Position numbers and translations under genes: made by a program. From contig CAJFCJ010000064.1 of the NCBI GenBank assembly GCA_904063045.1, positions 1 through 47,444 of the forward strand: DNA of 47,444 nt. The letters are read 5' to 3'. Positions 34,678 to 44,800 of the stretch are shown one piece after another. The notes below the pieces were generated by a model, which saw only the letters and a list, made by a program, of their open reading frames with translations, made no database searches and had not been told where the DNA came from. The stretch comes from Dimorphilus gyrociliatus. Its lineage: Eukaryota; Animalia; Annelida. Positions within the stretch are counted from its first letter, which is position 1. Each line of letters opens with the position of its first letter.

Positions 34678-36123
34678 CTATCTTATTATATCTATTTGAT
34701 AATAGTCTTTTTTCAGATTTTCAATCATTTTCATCTCTTTATCATTAAATTTTGAATGTGTTACATCAAGTTTCATCTTTATAATACTTGAAGATTTTTG
34801 TAGTCCATCACAAATGTAAAATACTCCATTTCCAATATATCTATTCTTTGCTAAACATATTAATTTTATTTTGGAACAATTTTGTATTAAACTTCCCAAT
34901 TTTTTACATTGTTCCTCATTTAAATTGCAATCATATAAATAAAATTTCTCCAAAGTATTTGAAGACTTTTGCAGACCATTACAAATGTGAATTATTCCAT
35001 TCCCCATACCTTGGTTTTCTCCTAAAGAAATCTCTTCTATTTTGAAACAATTTTCTAACAAATTCCCCAACATTTTACAGTGTTCCTCATTTAAATTACA
35101 GGCCTGTAAAAATACATTCTTTAAAGTTTTTGAAGATTGTTGAAGCCCATAAAAAACATTCAATATTCCATTTCCCATGTTTCCGTTATTTGATAAAGAT
35201 ATTTCTTCTATTTTTGAACAATTTTGTAGCATATTTCCCAGCTGTATACTTGTTTCTTCATTTAAATTACTGTTGACTAAGTTTACAACCCTTTGCTCCT
35301 TTGATCTTAATAGATTTTGTAAATTCTGCCTTTTGTTTTCAGGTTTATTTTGTGGATTATCTCTGTCAGTTTTAAAGTAGGTCTTCAGGTTTGAAAATAA
35401 TTTCACTTGATTATCATTTAATTTGTTTATTGTTTCATTACTAATTGTTTGCATATTGTTGTTCAATTGATAGTCAATTTGAAGACTATCAACAATTTCT
35501 ATATTTGGTTTTAATGCTTTTATCCAAAACTTTTCTAAATTTTTTGTTTGCCTTTCAAATGTTTTGAAAAAGAGAATTTTAATAGCATTCATTTCACAGA
35601 ATTGATGTCTTATCTTAGCAAAATGATTTTTCAAATTTTCCATAGCTTTTCTTTCAAATTCATCAATTTTATTCAAAATTTCATCTGTAGCTTTGGCCTC
35701 TTCCATTAATATATTTTTTAAATTATCTTTTGACTTTTCAAATTTTTTCATTGAGAAAGTTGTACAACTTTCATGATTTTCATCCAAACATGAAGGACAT
35801 AAGTTTTCAATATCATGTGTCTGACAATACATCAATGATTCCTCACCATGTTTTTTGCATATAATCTTCCTTTTTATTTCACTTTCAACTGAATGTTCTA
35901 GGCGATTTCTCTGCAGTTTATTAAACTTACCATATGGTATATGGACAACTTTTCTGCATACTGGACAAGTGGTCCCTTCATATTTAATTTGTAATTGCTG
36001 TAAACATACTAAACAAAATGTATGTTGACAAGGTAATATTCTGGGATCATTTCCTATCCAAGATGCTAAACAAATTGCACATATAAATTCATCATGGCTG
36101 ATAAAATATCCAGTAGCAGCCAT
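34678..36123 (-). CDS. RING-B-box-coiled-coil-LRR protein (TRIM-like E3 ligase with LRR C-terminus), single exon
   Basis: C3HC4 RING CAIC..PCQHTFCLVC..CPVC, B-box CKKH..YCQTH..LCPSC..HESC, a coiled coil, then about three 56-aa QQSSN double repeats. Open for 481 aa. Confidence 0.92.
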   Translation of the reverse strand: MAATGYFISHDEFICAICLASWIGNDPRILPCQHTFCLVCLQQLQIKYEGTTCPVCRKVVHIPYGKFNKLQRNRLEHSVESEIKRKIICKKHGEESLMYCQTHDIENLCPSCLDENHESCTTFSMKKFEKSKDNLKNILMEEAKATDEILNKIDEFERKAMENLKNHFAKIRHQFCEMNAIKILFFKTFERQTKNLEKFWIKALKPNIEIVDSLQIDYQLNNNMQTISNETINKLNDNQVKLFSNLKTYFKTDRDNPQNKPENKRQNLQNLLRSKEQRVVNLVNSNLNEETSIQLGNMLQNCSKIEEISLSNNGNMGNGILNVFYGLQQSSKTLKNVFLQACNLNEEHCKMLGNLLENCFKIEEISLGENQGMGNGIIHICNGLQKSSNTLEKFYLYDCNLNEEQCKKLGSLIQNCSKIKLICLAKNRYIGNGVFYICDGLQKSSSIIKMKLDVTHSKFNDKEMKMIENLKKDYYQIDIIR

Positions 36124-36261
36124 CTTGATATTGTATATGGATTTTCGTATTTTTACTTTTGCTTTTAAATATTTTTAAAGTTTGCCTTTTCTCTTCAGGA
36201 TTTCTAAAAGAATCAAAAGGAATGAAATTTTATAGTCCGAAACAAGGAGAATTTTAATTCG

Positions 36262-36425
36262 TAAACACATACCACTTGCAGCTCTATTTCTATAAAAGAT
36301 ACGTAGTATTGTATAGTTCTGATTGCACTGATATAGATAAGAACTATTGACCTAGTTTTGCTGAGCAAGGTGCACAATAAGTCGTGGCAACATACTCTAT
36401 TAAATTATAGACAAATATTGTTATT
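36262..36425 (+). repeat. R2 repeat copy upstream of the TRIM-LRR gene
   Basis: GTAGTATTG...GACCTAGTTTTG...CTATTAAATTATA...ATATTGTTATTTGCA matches 4230-4375. Confidence 0.65.
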
Positions 36426-37265
36426 TGCATCTTAAACAAATACCATAAGTGAAATGGATGAGGAAATATATGAAGTGAATGTCAATGTGGAAAATAATGA
36501 TAAGTATCACTAAACTGACAAACAGGTTATTAAAGAAAGTCTTTCTCTTAAAAATCCAAAACAATAACAAGTTAGAACACATAGAAAATTGATTGATCGT
36601 CCAAAATCCTACAAAATATAACACATCATTTCCAAATATATTTATTGGGGTCGGGTGCAAACGTACAAATATTTCCAACTATTAGCAAAACTGATGTTTC
36701 TTTAATACATTGAATTCATACTGAAAGGTTATTATTTTGTGGACGAACTTGAGGCTTTTGTCAAACCAGTAGTTTGGCAAATTTGTAAATGATTGGAAAG
36801 GATGAGTACAGCTGATAGATACAAATATGAATTGAGTCTGAAATGCTATTTTAGCAGCTTTTCTCAGTGCATGCTTTAAATATAAAAGAAAAATAATGTA
36901 GTGCTTCTACTGTATCATCACTTTACAGTTGGAGAGCTGATGCTTTTAGATTTATCTTAAATAGCAGGAAGTTAAAAAAATCTAATAATCACAAGCCTTT
37001 CTTTGTTTTTGATGGTATATTGATTTATACTATATAATATAATAGATAAGCTTTTCTTATTCAATCGTATCGTTATCTCAATCTAGGTTTCTAAACAAAT
37101 ACCAACAAATTTCTATGGCATATTTTCAAAGTAAAATCTAATTTATAAACTTAACAATCTAGGTGACTGCATATCCAAAGATAAAATGCCTTATGTGTCC
37201 ATTATATTCCATTTTTTCAATCTCAAGGACAGGTATTCTTTTTAAAAATTTCTTTCTTCAATATA

Positions 37266-38151
37266 CAGTACCAGTGGTAAGTCACTGTTATACCTCAAAA
37301 AAATTATATTTTCTTGATTTTTTTCTCTTTCCATACTTAAGGAATGAAAATGAAGGATATTATTATATTTAATGATATTCTTATCATTCTAGAGAGAAAA
37401 TATACATTTTTAATTTCAAATCTCTAAATTTTTGATATTTTAATGTGGTAGGCCTATTTTCAATGGGAGCATAAGTACTTGTTACAATCACAAAAATTAA
37501 TCTAAAAGAATATTAAAAGTAATTTTTTTGTTCTTATTTTTACTGTTATTTAACAGGATATTATATGTGTTAATGTTTTAGTATTTTGTGTGCATACCCT
37601 TAGCTTCTACAACTGCCCTAAGCCTTCTTTCTATTGTCTTGTATAAGAATTGAATTTTCAATTCTAAAATTTTTAAAAATTCCTCTCTGAACATCCCCAC
37701 AGCTCATCCTTGTTTCTTGGCTTACTGCCATTAATCATTTTTTTACAAAAGCCCCATATTCACTCAATAATGTTCAGGTCTGGGCTGTTTACTGTCCATG
37801 GATCCAGTGTGTCCACTTGCTTTCTCATGAGGTATGCTTTTGTTCTGGCTGCTGTATGACAGCTAACCCCATCCTGCTGGAAAATGTCCCCTCTCTTATA
37901 ATTTGGGACAACATGACTGCTCAAAATTTTGATATAATCTGAAGCTGTCATGCAGTTAGACACTAAAGCTAGATCTCTCTCTACAGAGCTTTTTCTTACT
38001 TATTATCTGCCTCTTGGATAAGGCAGGTTTTTTGGCTGCAATCCTCCCATTTAAATTATTTTTCCTTAGTATTTGCTTCACTGTTGTTGGAGACAGAGAT
38101 AGAGATATGTCAGAGTTATATAATACCTGATGGGCTGTCCACTTGGGGTTT
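37266..38151 (-). mobile_element. Second copy of the Tc1 3' part, with a complete TIR and the MULE-1 target site
   Basis: Inverse of 16140-16767, plus a full TIR to TA (37264-37265). On the minus strand it also reads NPKWTAHQVLYNSDISLSLSPTTVKQILRKNNLNGRIAAKKPALSKRQ, continuing the Tc1 frame broken at 12920. Confidence 0.9.
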
Positions 38152-38689
38152 GGTAGCGGGTGAAACTGTACCTGGGTGAAACCGTACTCATGAAGGGTGA
38201 AACTGTATCCATAAAAATATTACATTTTTTTAATGTTATTATTTAGAATTATAATAATGGAAGCTACAAAAATAGAAACACTGTTGAAATATAAACTGAC
38301 AGCCATTTTAAAAATGAAGAAACTGAAGTTAACTTTCACTTTGGAAAGAATTTAATTTGAAACTCAAGCCTTTTTTGATAATTATATTTGGGCAAAGATT
38401 ATCATTTTAGATGTAACAGAGGTAATTTCATGTGCATTGTAATCTAGATTAATGTTTTATTCATATTTTCAATACATGTTTTTTAATTTTGTGAAAAAAT
38501 CCAATTTATTTGAAAAATATTTTTCAGCCATTTTGAATAATTGTAAGTATACCTTTCCAATACTCATTTCAAATCAAAATATTATTCTTGTTTTCTAGAT
38601 GTGTTCAATAATATTATTTTTTATTTATTCACTAATTACATTTAATATTTTCAGTCTGGCATAGAGAATTATTCATAAAACATGACAGT
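38152..38689 (+). mobile_element. MULE-1 right end (complete TIR up to the transposase ATG), inverted duplicate of 15640-16132
   Basis: GGTAGCGGGTGAAAC terminus preceded by TTGGGGTTT (38143-38151, reverse complement of AAACCCCAA). Near-identical to the reverse complement of 15640-16130. Confidence 0.9.
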
Positions 38690-38759
38690 TGGAGACAGAG
38701 ATAGAGATACCCAACTTCCAGAATCAACCCCTTTTATAGGCAAAGGATAAGATATTACA

Positions 38760-39615
38760 TAATCAAACATGTTGACAACAACAACAAGTGTTTATTTACA
38801 TAAATATGATGTAACAATTGACCCTTGAGAGGTAAATTACACAAAGTTGTTGTTGTTTACATCACTATTGCAAAATATGATAACCTTTGACCCTGTTTGC
38901 TCTGAACAATCCTTATCTGGGGTTAGAGCCTTGTTGTTTACAGGTGTACTTTGTTGTATTGTAATTGTAGGAATTTCTGCTTCTTCAGAACAGTATTCAT
39001 CCTTTCCAATCATTTATCAACTTACCAAAGTACTGATCCAAATAGAACCTTTCAAATTTATCCACAAGTAGTCTTAAGAAATGTAATTTCTACAGAAGTT
39101 AATCAACAAAATTGCAGTATTTTGTTTAAAGAATATGTATTGAGTAAATGAGTTTCTAGTTCTAAACAAGTAAGTTTAAACAACCATTTAATGTTTAAAG
39201 AACTGAACTGACAAGCTGGGGAAAAGCATTTCCTTTATACATTTCCAAAGCTTGGGTTCAAGTGGTCAAAGGATTACAAAGTTGAAATCTGACAGTCTCA
39301 TAATTCTCATGTAACAAAAATATGAAAGACTGTTATATCACACATACAAAATATAATCCTAAGATTAGGGCCACATGCCAAACATGTGCCACAGTAAACA
39401 GGCCTGCCTCATCAGCATCTGGTGTTTGACCTGCATCTTTTCCATGTTCTTTGTTCCTTTGTTAATTCCCAAGTATCCACCATCTGTTACAGTCAAAGAG
39501 TCTATTTCTTACGAAATAGAGTTCTTTCTAAAGTACTAAAAGCTTTTCTATTCCTATGAAATAGAAGTCTTTCAAATATACCCTTATATCTAAAGTCTAA
39601 GTATTGATATATCAT
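38760..39615 (+). repeat. R1 repeat, longest copy
   Basis: Direct match to 5230-5975. Its left extension matches 31540-31660 inverted. Its right end joins LRR-coding DNA at about 39620. Confidence 0.8.
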
Positions 39616-39624
39616 TATAAAAAA

Positions 39625-39980
39625 ATTTTCCAGATTTTGGCTTTGTTCTTCATTCAAATTACATGAACTTAAGCCAAGTACTTTCAGTGTATTGGAAGAT
39701 TTTTGTAGTGCTTCGGAAATATTAAAGTTTCCATCACCAATTCCAATATTTTCATTCAGTCCTAAGATTTCTATTGACAACCTATCAAATGTTGAAGTCG
39801 ATTTTTTGGTAGTTGATCAAACTGGTCAAGAGGTATTTTAACCATTTTTCTGCAAACAGGACAGGTTATTTGATTATTATCAACTGGTAATTCTTGTACA
39901 CATTTGAAACAAAAGGTATGTTGACAAGGAAATATTCTAAGATCATTTCCTACCCAAGAATCTAAACAATGCTACAATAA
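39625..39980 (-). pseudogene. RING fused out of frame to an LRR fragment (B-box and coiled coil absent)
   Basis: LDSWVGNDLRIFPCQHTFCFKCVQELPVDNNQITCPVCRKMVKIPLDQFDQLPKNRLQH, then IEILGLNENIGIGDGNFNISEALQKSSNTLKVLGLSSCNLNEEQ. A paralog of 34678-36123. Confidence 0.88.
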
Positions 39981-39984
39981 GCAG

Positions 39985-40150
39985 AATACTGCTATTTGCA
40001 ACCTAGCATTACTATTACAATTTATTAATCTATAAATTTATGAATTTGAACTAAAAGCAGTTGAATTAAAAATGAATTATGCTTCAATTCTAAGTTTAGA
40101 TTATATTCACTATTCCACAATATTGTATACACAATACTGTTCTACTTAAC
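39985..40150 (+). repeat. R2 repeat 3' part, abutting the RING remnant
   Basis: CTGCTATTTGCAACCTAGCATT...TTGTATACACAATACTGTT matches 4362-4510. Confidence 0.8.
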
Positions 40151-40398
40151 ATGCATTAATTGGACATGATTCCTCCTTTTATTTTTCTCCTGACTGAATA
40201 TAACATGTAATTATTTCCAGTTAAAGGTTGCTTTATTAATTCATTTGTACAGTGGCAAACAATATTATAGTCCTTGCTTCACTCTTAAACACTGATTGTT
40301 GAAAAAAGAAAATAAATGACTGAATACTAAAAGTATTCTATTTTTAACATTTATTAAGAAAATTTTGCTAGCATCAGCATAAAAAACCTTCAACATTT

Positions 40399-41010
40399 TT
40401 AGTGGTTGTTCTCAGAGTTGAAAAATAAATTCTTCAATGTTTCGGATGTTTGTTCATGTCCCTCACATATATCAAGAAATCCATTTTTCACATTTATATT
40501 GTATGATAAATATATTCTTTCTATTTTAGAACATTTTTTCAGATGATTTCCTAACTCTGTGCATTGTTCTTTATTCAAATTGCAGTTATTAACATCAATT
40601 AACTTTAGTGTTTGTGATGATTGTTCAAATCCATCACATAGATCAAAAAATCCATTTCCCTTACATTTATTGTATGTTAAATCCATTTGTTCTATTTTTG
40701 AACATTCTCTAAGAAGATATGCTAACTTTGTCCACTGTTCTTCATCTAATTTGCAGTTTTTAACATCAACAACCTTCAAAGTTTAGGATGGTTGTTCAAG
40801 TCCTTCGCAAATATCAAAAAATCCATCAAACATTTAAAAATTCGATTTTAAATCTATTGTTTTTATTTTAGAACATTTTTTTAAAAGACTTCCAAGTTTT
40901 ATGCAATGTTCTGCTTTCATATCACACCGCTCCAAATAAATAAATGTGTTTCTAATGATTGTTCAAGTCCTTCACCAATATCAAAAATTGCATTTCTCAC
41001 ATGTTCATTA
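40399..41010 (-). pseudogene. Degenerate QQSSN-family LRR array
   Basis: ORF 40399-40779 (LKVVDVKNCKLDEEQ...CSKIEQMDLTYNKCKGNGFFDLCDGFEQSS) plus upstream repeats with stops and frameshifts, ending at a MULE-3-like terminus at 41012. Confidence 0.88.
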
Positions 41011-41200
41011 CGGATGCAACAGAAATAGTCCACCCATTCAGATTGTGAAGAGTATGCCATCCTGAAACTTTTAAAAAAACACGAGGAAAAGCATAATTAG
41101 CAATATTATCATGGCAAGCTGCCAAATCTTTGTCATTGATATGATGTTGTATCATTCAAACTTATTATTCTTTATTACATTGTTCATTACCCATTGGACA

Positions 41201-41264
41201 GGCCACAGAAATTTTTTGAAAAAATATTCAAAAATAGAAGCAATACACTTAACGAGTAATGAAT
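41201..41264 (+). pseudogene. Short LRR fragment
   Basis: GHRNFLKKYSKIEAIHLTSNE matches GNFLKNCSKIETIHLxxN. It ends at the MITE terminus. Confidence 0.7.
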
Positions 41265-41471
41265 GGGGTCGACAGAAAACGTTCGCAAATGAGACATTTC
41301 AAGACTAGATTTTGGATTGAGAAATGGCTGGGCACAAGAAGACAGCAACTGATTTGTGGTTAGGAGGGTCTCCTCTAAGGGTTAGGGGCAATGGAAAAGG
41401 TTAGGTACATCCAAGGGCTGGGTTAGTGTTAGGGTAAAAGCACTGCTTTATGGATGTTTTCTGTTACATGC
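41265..41471 (+). mobile_element. MITE (about 207 bp) with MULE-3-type TIRs
   Basis: Left GGGGTCGACAGAAAACGTTC; right (reverse strand) GCATGTAACAGAAAACATCCATAAA. Interior is homologous to 4575-4726 and 45553-45642. No TSD recognised. Confidence 0.8.
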
Positions 41472-42318
41472 AATCTAAATATATATTAATACTTTCATTA
41501 CAATGAATCTTTGTTGAGGTTTTTCACAAAAGAGGTGAAAGATCTTTCGCAATTGCTTATTAAAAGGAAGTGCTCTTTGTTGGGAATTTACAGATGCTTA
41601 TACAGATATTGTTGATAATGCTAAATGTGAAATATGCCCACTTTTGTTCTTTCTGATTATAATATCTAGGTGAAGTTGGCTAGATGACTCCTGAAGGCTT
41701 CTATTGTCAGGTTTGGTCAGGTTTAGTAATCCAATGAAATGATTTTGTTTAAAGATGTTTAAAGAGGGAAATATTGTTATAAAAGTTTAGGGGCGGGGGG
41801 CAGATAGACACAGGTATGATCATGATTGTCCTGGTCAATGGTCTTGCTGTTTCACATAAAAATTCAATATGAGAGAAATCCATTGTCAATGCAATATAAT
41901 AAAAGTCTTGTCTCAGTATGCCATTCTGGAGATTTTGTTTTTTAGTTTAAGATATCAGACAATAAATCATTGTATTTAAATAGATGTCTGTTGTATAATT
42001 CTCATAAAGGAATTAAGGGCATTTCCTACCATAAAAAGATTTACTGAATGAATGTTAAATTTTTGTCATTTCAGAAAATGACAAAAATTTATTAAAAAAT
42101 GTTTTTTTATTTTCTAAAAAATTATTGATAAAAATTATTTTCTGACAGCTTTCATTAATTTTTTTCAAAACAACCCATTTTGTAATAGAAGTATCTTTGT
42201 TCCAATGTACATATAAATATAAATATATATATTGTGCATTTAAAGGCAGAGAAAGAAAGAAAATAGAGGAAATAGAGAGTAAATTAAATTCGTTTTTTCT
42301 TTCATTGGTGTTTCTTAG

Positions 42319-43905
42319 CATCTTTGGTTTGTAAACAGCAATTACATTTACACACCATTGCTGATGTCACTTTTTTATAGGTAGTATAAGTGCATTTCAA
42401 TTTTTGGCACTATTTACCAGTACAATTTCTAAAAACTATGACACGGTTGTCTATCTATCAGAAATTTTAGGATCACCAATATGCAGGTTTGTTGCAAATT
42501 CAGCAAAAATTTGCTTCATTTTATTGATTTAATATTTATTTTAGCTGCAAAACAACAAAACCAGATGGAACTGAACTTTATAGATCATCTGTAAATCTAA
42601 ATCTAAGTGACGAGTATAGAATCCCATATGATATCTTCAAAAATATAACTGAATCCAAGATAATTACTCATAGTTTTACATGCACTGAAGGAATGGACTC
42701 TGTTTCTTTTGACTTAAAATCTCTATTACTTAGTATGGAATTCTATACTTTTTCCAAAAATTTAACACAATACAAATTTATTTAAATTTTTTAACTAGAT
42801 TATCACAAAAAAATTGACCTTTCCATCAAGGCCGAAATCTCAAGTATGGAATCATCATCAAGAAAAGTTGACATGATTAATTTACGTTCACAATTGAATT
42901 GCAAGTAAGCATTATTTTTAACATTTTGTAAATGAACAAAATATTTTCCATGAATAATCTCAGAGAAAAGAATGCATAGAGTTAATGTGAATCTTTTGTT
43001 TTTTTAGTTATACCCTCCCTAATCCTGATAAAGCAAGTAAAGATAAATTGGAAAAAATTTTCTCTATGTATTCTGACGATACTGTGGTAGTAACTAAACT
43101 TGGTTCAGCAAAGTCCGCATTGATGAAATTAACTTGTGCTACAGTTGACTCTTTTGTATTCAGCATTGATATTCCAATTTATTTTACACCTAATAGTGAT
43201 CCATGGTCTTCTGCATCTGGGGATCCACATTTTCAACAAATTGTTGTGGATTATCCAGCTCTGACAACAAAGTCTATATGTTATGATGTCACTGGTTCAC
43301 CTGAAGAATATTTATACATTGCTGGTTTTACTTTAAGTGGAATGCAAGTTTATGGACAGCTTAATGATGACTACTACATGCATAGGATTATTATAAAATT
43401 TGATTCTGGTAGAATAACTGCTTTGACTGATTATCTCATTCTTGATAATGGACAAATAATAAACTGGACAGATGATATGCAAAAGATAACTTTTAAATCA
43501 AAACGATTTGAATATTACATCACCAGAAATCTTATCTTTATAAACTCTTTTGAAAATCCAGGAAAAATAATTCAAATACAGAAATCTATACACTCTTTAT
43601 CAGAAATTCACTTGGATGTAAGTTTTAAACTATCACCTAAAGATTATAAAAAAATGGATGGACTTATTGGTGATATTGGAAAAAAGAAATATATATTTCA
43701 CTCAGAAGTTCAATCTGATAGGAATGTTGGATCAAAGTCAATTTCAATTGAAATTGATAACAAGTTAATAAAGGGAGAAAAAGTGGAAAGAAACAAAGAA
43801 GAATGCTGGCTGATTGATGTTGATGATATTTTAAAACCATTTGAAATATCAAAATATCTATACAAAACTATGAATGTTTTTGAAAATGTCCTTCCAAACC
43901 AATAG
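42319..43905 (+). CDS. Spliced protein with a GDPH motif and an inter-alpha-trypsin-inhibitor heavy-chain C-terminal-like domain; 5' end uncertain
   Basis: At least five GT-AG exons join in frame (42319-42380, 42421-42486, from 42545, from about 42799, from about 43008 to 43905). SASGDPHFQQ...ICYDVTGSPEEYLYI resembles ITIH C-terminal GDPHF...CF...G. No VIT or vWA domain seen. Confidence 0.75.
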
Positions 43906-44089
43906 TTTAGACTTATATAATTACTAGACTTTTCTAACTATTCTGTTTTTAACAATTTCATCTTAAAATTAACCTTTTTGAAAAAAATTTTTCAATAAAA
44001 TTCAACTTTTATTGTATTTTACACTTAAACTTTATTACAATACACAACTTTTAACAATCAAGTAATGTATCATTCTATTAACAAGGAAT

Positions 44090-44340
44090 CAACAAAAGTC
44101 GCCCAGGATATATGATAATTTTCGGTTCCACTGTTTCTCCAGCAAACTGACCATTCAGTTTCGCTTTTCCTCTCTGCATTAAATTTTTCCATCAGCTGTA
44201 GTATTATTCAATCATCCAGATGTTTATTTCTTGAAAACTTTACAATTCATTACCATGATTTCTTTTTCTAAAATAAAGGACATAAATGCTCCTGTGTCAC
44301 ACACAGCAATGACTTCTCTTACCTTGTGGTATTTCAATCA
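44090..44340 (-). pseudogene. Retroviral-type aspartic protease remnant
   Basis: VIAVCDTGAFMSFI (DTG active site), then TTADG and RGKAKLNGQFAGETV. Related to 6150-6390. Confidence 0.6.
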
Positions 44341-44499
44341 AAATTAGAAATCATTTCTTTCTTCTGCTGGAGAAATATATATTAGAGATCTGTTATTTCC
44401 TTCTCAGAGTTGTATTATAGGAAAATAATGGCTTTGCCTTTCATTCCTTGTCAAATTATCAAATCAACAGACATTTTCATGTAGGAAAAATAATTTATG

Positions 44500-44800
44500 G
44501 TGTCCTTACAGATGGTCTGTATATGGATTGGTGATTAGAGCAAACAATGATTGTGGAACATTTCATAGAAGACTCAATTCAAAAGTGGAAACCAACTGCT
44601 CATTTTGCAAACTGATAGATGCCCTTCAATGTGAAGCTGAAATGATCCTAGTCTACCAAAAATTGTTTAATGAAAATAAAATATGCAAGTAGCAAAAGAA
44701 ATGCTATCAGATTCTGGAAAGTAGAATATTTGATTTATGTAATAAATTAGAAATGGAGAGATAAATACAGACCAATTGCTGGATGGAACATGATCAATCT
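44500..44800 (+). pseudogene. MULE transposase C-terminal remnant
   Basis: WCPYRWSVYGLVIRANNDCGTFHRRLNSKV...LIDALQCEAEMILVYQKL...*QKKCYQILESRIFDL. Confidence 0.85.

Noticed and set aside
38847-39151. Short ORFs within repeat R1 (and 5669-5854, 10622-10816)
   Set aside because: Stops and frameshifts differ between copies and no domain is recognisable.
41600-41700. KCEICPLLFFLIIISR*SWLDD, weakly like the NACHT HD1 segment
   Set aside because: Too short, with no Walker motifs nearby.
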